A stretch of DNA of 32,000 bases from Vibrio alginolyticus NBRC 15630 = ATCC 17749 (GTDB taxonomy: Bacteria; Pseudomonadota; Gammaproteobacteria; Enterobacterales; Vibrionaceae), in assembly GCF_000354175.2 (NCBI RefSeq), contig NC_022349.1:60001-92000 (forward strand), in the 5' to 3' direction. The notes under the pieces were generated by a model. That model saw only the letters and a program-made list of their open reading frames with translations. It had not been told where the DNA came from and ran no database searches. Below are positions 26,504 through 32,000 of this stretch, one piece after another (position 1 is the first letter of the stretch; the number at the start of each line of letters is the position of its first letter). The position numbers and the translations under genes are program-made.

Positions 26504-27583
26504 ATGAAAAAAACTCTATTAGCACTAGCTGTAGTTGCGTCTGCAACTTCAGTGAACGCAGCTGAAGTATTCAAATCTGAAGAAGGTTCTGTAGATTTCT
26601 ACGGTCAGCTACGTCCAACTCTTCTATTCACAGAAAAAACTGATCACACAGCAGAGCTAAACACTAGCTCTTCTCGTACTGGTGTGAACGCGGTTTACGT
26701 TGTTGACGAAAGCCTAAAAGTTCTGGGTGAAGTTGAAATCGGTGTTGCTCTAGGTGACAACTACGACGCAGGTGCTGATTCAAGCGAGCGTACAGATGAC
26801 TCTGTATACGTACGTCGCCACATCATCGGTTTTGATATGGGTGATATGGGTACTCTTCGCTTCGGTAAAGAAGGTACTTGGGCTGATGACGTATACTTCG
26901 CAGATTACTCTTACTTCTTCGGTGGTAACGCAGCGGAAACTGCATACGGTCACGCTTGGAACAACGATTCTCAAATCAAATACGCTTACGAAAATGACGC
27001 GTTCTGGCTAAAAGCTGGTTACGCGCTAGGCGAAAAAGATTCTAACGAAGAAGTACTAGAAGTATTCGTTGGTAAATCTTTCAACGACCTATCTCTACAC
27101 GCTGGTGTACTTACTGCGAACAACGACATCAACGTAACTAAAGAGAAAAAACTAGTTCTTAATGGTGTAGAGCAAACAGTTTCTCACACAGAGCGTACTG
27201 ATAACGAAAACCTATCTTTTGAAGTAACTGCTGAGTACGCACTAAACGAGCACACTCTAGGTGCTACGTACTACTACAACGAAAACGAAGATAAGCTAGG
27301 TAAATCAACAGTTGATTCACACTACATCGTTGTAGCTGGTATGTTCGCTGTTGCTCCTAAAACAACTCTATACTCTGGTTACGAGTACCTAGCTCAGTCT
27401 ACTGACGAAGCAGGTAAAGTAGACGCAGACTCTTCTTGGTTCTACGCTGGTGTTGAATACAAGTTCTCTAAATGGGCACGTGTATTCGCAGAAGCGGGTT
27501 ACACTTTCGAAGGTACTGACTTCGACAACAAAGACACAGATGACGCAACTAACTTCGGTGTTGGTGCTCGTTTCTACTGGTAA
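26504..27583 (+). CDS. ompT: General porin, Vibrio OmpT-type (not the E. coli OmpT protease)
   Basis: It has a signal peptide MKKTLLALAVVASATSVNA|AEV, a mature start with VDFYGQLR, a C-terminal GVGARFYW and alternating beta-strand patterns. Codon bias is very strong. Its position next to dinG matches V. cholerae as I recall it. The track ORF (26408) is an in-frame upstream extension that I reject. Confidence 0.8.
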   Translation: MKKTLLALAVVASATSVNAAEVFKSEEGSVDFYGQLRPTLLFTEKTDHTAELNTSSSRTGVNAVYVVDESLKVLGEVEIGVALGDNYDAGADSSERTDDSVYVRRHIIGFDMGDMGTLRFGKEGTWADDVYFADYSYFFGGNAAETAYGHAWNNDSQIKYAYENDAFWLKAGYALGEKDSNEEVLEVFVGKSFNDLSLHAGVLTANNDINVTKEKKLVLNGVEQTVSHTERTDNENLSFEVTAEYALNEHTLGATYYYNENEDKLGKSTVDSHYIVVAGMFAVAPKTTLYSGYEYLAQSTDEAGKVDADSSWFYAGVEYKFSKWARVFAEAGYTFEGTDFDNKDTDDATNFGVGARFYW

Positions 27584-27606
27584 TCAATACCCAGTTTGAT
27601 ATTGTA

Positions 27607-27632
27607 AGACCCAGCTATATGCTGGGTCTTTT
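27607..27632 (+). terminator. Rho-independent terminator after the porin gene
   Basis: AGACCCAGC (27607-27615) pairs with GCTGGGTCT (27621-27629) around a 5-nt loop, then TTTT. Confidence 0.85.
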
Positions 27633-27635
27633 ACT

Positions 27636-28337
27636 ATGAAGATAAGGATGAAAAATTCTATGCAGTTATCATTAAAAGTGGCAATGGCACTGTCTATTTT
27701 TGCCAGTACAAACCTCTACGCTGCAACGACTTTAGTGGTTCCAGAAGACGTGAAGTTATTGGCCGTCAACATGGAGAAGCCAGATCTAGAAGGTGGTCTT
27801 TTTTCTAGTGAGAAGACAATCGAACTACCTGACGGAACGAATCAAATTGTCTTCAAATATCAACCTACATTCGAAATTAACGAAAACCTTAAGACGGTTT
27901 ACAGTGATGTAATCGTTGCTAAATTTGATGCTGAAAACGAAAAGCTAACGTTTGAACTGCCAGAGTTTAAAACTCTTCGCCAAGCGCAAAACAACATCTC
28001 GCCTCTAGATTGGCAATTACTGGATACCAAAGGCCAACCTATTGCTTTGGTCGAAGATGTATTAGAGTCAGATGGTGTTCAAATTGGTCGTAATTACCCT
28101 CAAGAAACTCGTAACTACAATATTGCTGGCGGTATCGCGAGTGTTGCTGTTAGCTATGTAACTGTGAATCAGCATCAACAATCAGTAAGTGATATCGAGC
28201 CTCGAGTTGAGACTAGTGATACCCGTTCAACAGCCGCATCGAACGACAGCCCAATGGTTGATGTATTAAAGACGATGTACCAGAAAGCGTCTCCGGCGGA
28301 AAAAGAGGCCTTTAAAAACTGGCTTGCTGAGCAGTAA
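27636..28337 (+). CDS. yccT: YccT/DUF2057 (UPF0319) family periplasmic protein
   Basis: A signal peptide ends ...SIFASTNLYA|A. ATTLVVPEDVKLLAVN... and the C-terminal EKEAFKNWLAEQ parallel E. coli YccT (ATTLRLSTDVDLLVLDG ... FLQWAEKQ). The start is ambiguous among ATG 27636, 27648 and 27660. Confidence 0.75.
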   Translation: MKIRMKNSMQLSLKVAMALSIFASTNLYAATTLVVPEDVKLLAVNMEKPDLEGGLFSSEKTIELPDGTNQIVFKYQPTFEINENLKTVYSDVIVAKFDAENEKLTFELPEFKTLRQAQNNISPLDWQLLDTKGQPIALVEDVLESDGVQIGRNYPQETRNYNIAGGIASVAVSYVTVNQHQQSVSDIEPRVETSDTRSTAASNDSPMVDVLKTMYQKASPAEKEAFKNWLAEQ

Positions 28338-28383
28338 TCCCTTAGTTCATTAGATAGGGCTTAACTGAAAAAGTACGAATCTA

Positions 28384-28410
28384 AAAAGCAGGCTTTAAGC
28401 CTGCTTTTAT
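28384..28410. terminator. Bidirectional Rho-independent terminator between convergent yccT and rluE
   Basis: AAAAGCAGGCT (28384-28394) pairs with AGCCTGCTTTT (28398-28408). A- and T-runs form part of or flank the stem. Confidence 0.85.
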
Positions 28411-28422
28411 CTTTTCTGCTTA

Positions 28423-29124
28423 TTAGAGAGAGATTTCTCTCCATTCACCAGGCATTAGGTCGTTAAGGACGATATCACCCATCGAATGACGAATGAGGCG
28501 CAAGGTAGGGAAGCCAATGTGCGCAGTCATGCGACGCACCTGACGATTTCTTCCTTCAATAATGGTAATGGCTAACCAAGTTGTAGGGATATTTGCTCGA
28601 AAACGAACAGGAGGCGTTCTGTCCCAGACTTGTGGTTCTGGAATAACTTCAACTTCGGCTGGTAGAGTCATACCATCTTTTAGCTCTACTCCCTTTCTCA
28701 ATTTTTCAAGATCTTGCTCCTGAGGAGCGCCATCAACTTGAACCCAATAAGTCTTCGGCGATTTTGACTTTGGCTGCGTTAGCTTCGCCTGCAAGATGCC
28801 ATCGTTAGTGAGTACCATCAAACCTTCGCTGTCTCGGTCCAATCGGCCAGCCGCATAGACATTTTTGATTGGGATATAGTCCGCTAACGTTTTGCGACCA
28901 TCGCCATCGGTAAATTGACTGAGCGTATCGTAAGGCTTATTGAAAATAATGACTTTACGATCTTTAGGGGCCACTTTTGGCTTTTGGCTTTTTGTTGGGC
29001 GATTAGGGCGGCGGTCTTGCTGAGTACGAGTCTTCGAGCCATTGCGAGCTCCTGAGTGTTTAAAATGGCCCGTTTTAGACTGGTTACGACTGCGACCTTT
29101 TTCCTGACCTGTACGAGATGACAT
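28423..29124 (-). CDS. rluE: 23S rRNA pseudouridine synthase RluE (RsuA/RluB/E/F family)
   Basis: The block [27 protein letters not shown]...[21 protein letters not shown]...[22 protein letters not shown] is nearly collinear with E. coli RluE. It is divergent from icd, as in E. coli. Confidence 0.85.
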   Translation of the reverse strand: MSSRTGQEKGRSRNQSKTGHFKHSGARNGSKTRTQQDRRPNRPTKSQKPKVAPKDRKVIIFNKPYDTLSQFTDGDGRKTLADYIPIKNVYAAGRLDRDSEGLMVLTNDGILQAKLTQPKSKSPKTYWVQVDGAPQEQDLEKLRKGVELKDGMTLPAEVEVIPEPQVWDRTPPVRFRANIPTTWLAITIIEGRNRQVRRMTAHIGFPTLRLIRHSMGDIVLNDLMPGEWREISL

Positions 29125-29426
29125 GTTAACTACCCTGCAAAAATGTAAATGAACTGTGTTTGAAAGTTTTAAGTTTTCTCATGATCGGATATGATTTGCG
29201 CGCCTAAAACTAACAAACGCGCACAGAATGATAGACTAATTCGTGTTATTTGTTTAATTATATCAGTGCACTCATGGATTCAGAGCTTAGAGCTTCAAAC
29301 TACAACAAAGAGTGCGAACCGCATGTGGCGTTAGTGAGGAGACATGTACTGCTAACGCGCAGCAATGCGTCAATTAAACCAACTCAGACGCTGAGTTGAT
29401 CAGCCAACAAGTTGATTAAAAAATAG

Positions 29427-31661
<2,235 letters not shown>

Positions 31662-31755
31662 GTTAGTGTTAAAAAACACGTCGTTTTCGGCGTGTTTCCT
31701 ATCCTGTAAGTGCGTTGTAAGTGTTCCTTTTGTAACACGTGCTCTAAATAGTAAG

Positions 31756-31785
31756 AAACCCGCTATCTTGGCGGGTTTATTTTTC
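31756..31785. terminator. Bidirectional Rho-independent terminator between convergent icd and cspD
   Basis: AAACCCGC (31756-31763) pairs with GCGGGTTT (31771-31778) around a 7-nt loop. TATTTTT follows on the plus strand and TTTCTTACTATTT on the minus strand. Confidence 0.85.
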
Positions 31786-31846
31786 TCTTCAAAACATCAA
31801 CGTGGTGTTTCGAGAGCAATATTTTTATATTTCGATAGCGCTCTAA

Positions 31847-32000
31847 TTATTTGGCTTGGCCTTCAAGAGGCACGACGCTACTCGCGTGACAGCCTTTGGG
31901 ACCTTTTTCAATCTCGTAAGAGACTTGTTGGCCTGCTTTCAGTGTACGATAACCGTCCATCTGGATAGTTGAGTAGTGGGCAAAGATATCTCCCTCTTCT
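31847..32000 (-). CDS. cspD: Cold-shock-domain protein CspD, C-terminal part; the 5' end lies outside the window
   Basis: The minus-strand frame reads ...EEGDIFAHYSTIQMDGYRTLKAGQQVSYEIEKGPKGCHASSVVPLEGQAK*, with TAA at 31847-31849. GEDIFAHYSTIQMDGYRTLKAGQ is the E. coli CspD string. The track instead lists a plus-strand ORF here, which I reject. Confidence 0.85.
   Translation of the reverse strand, partial: EEGDIFAHYSTIQMDGYRTLKAGQQVSYEIEKGPKGCHASSVVPLEGQAK

Noticed and set aside
28960-29124. An unusually basic, low-complexity roughly 55-aa N-terminus of RluE (K/R/S/Q/T-rich).
   Set aside because: E. coli RluE also carries a basic N-terminal extension, so this is probably an ordinary rRNA-binding tail and not a fusion or mis-annotation.
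31666-31968. A 100-aa plus-strand ORF after icd.
   Set aside because: It runs through two terminator hairpins and is antisense to a clear CspD reading frame (31847-32000, minus strand). It is spurious.

Overview
This window reads like a core-chromosome segment of a Vibrio (Vibrionaceae) genome. That call rests on gene content and order recalled from memory: a monomeric isocitrate dehydrogenase beside rluE and cspD, an OmpT-type porin beside dinG, and pflB and pflA separated by an LpxR-like gene. No search was possible.

I can support 26 protein-coding genes. Two are cut by the window edges, and one 54-aa gene is missing from the ORF track. I also support 11 Rho-independent terminators, one well-formed FNR-type promoter and several perfect inverted repeats.

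Gene order (> plus strand, < minus strand): kdsB'(>) | ycgB-yeaH-yeaG (<) | yfbU (<) | 221-aa membrane protein (<) | pflA (<) | lpxR-like (<) | pflB (<) | 515-aa permease-like protein (<) | poly-Gly lipoprotein (>) | 4-gene basic-amino-acid ABC transporter (>) | M60/ImpA-like metalloprotease lipoprotein (>) | xthA (<) | ybaM-priC-TSUP-dinG (<) | porin, yccT (>) | rluE (<) | icd (>) | cspD'(<).

I saw no rRNA, tRNA, CRISPR array, transposase, integrase or prophage signal. I do not see a clear new multi-gene system such as a defence island.

The most promising leads are:
1. The pfl locus. An uncharacterised 515-aa membrane protein with its own predicted class II FNR promoter sits where E. coli has focA, and an LpxR-like outer-membrane gene lies between pflB and pflA.
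2. Two large Cys-Gly-Gly-Gly lipoproteins bracketing the ABC operon. One is an orphan with a (GGY)9 tract and the other is an HEXXH M60-like protease.
3. A dinG-TSUP-priC-ybaM operon in which a membrane exporter-family gene is translationally coupled to replication-restart genes.
4. Long, structured, AT-rich leaders upstream of the porin, pflB and icd.

All family assignments come from reading the translations and from memory, and need HMM or BLAST confirmation.
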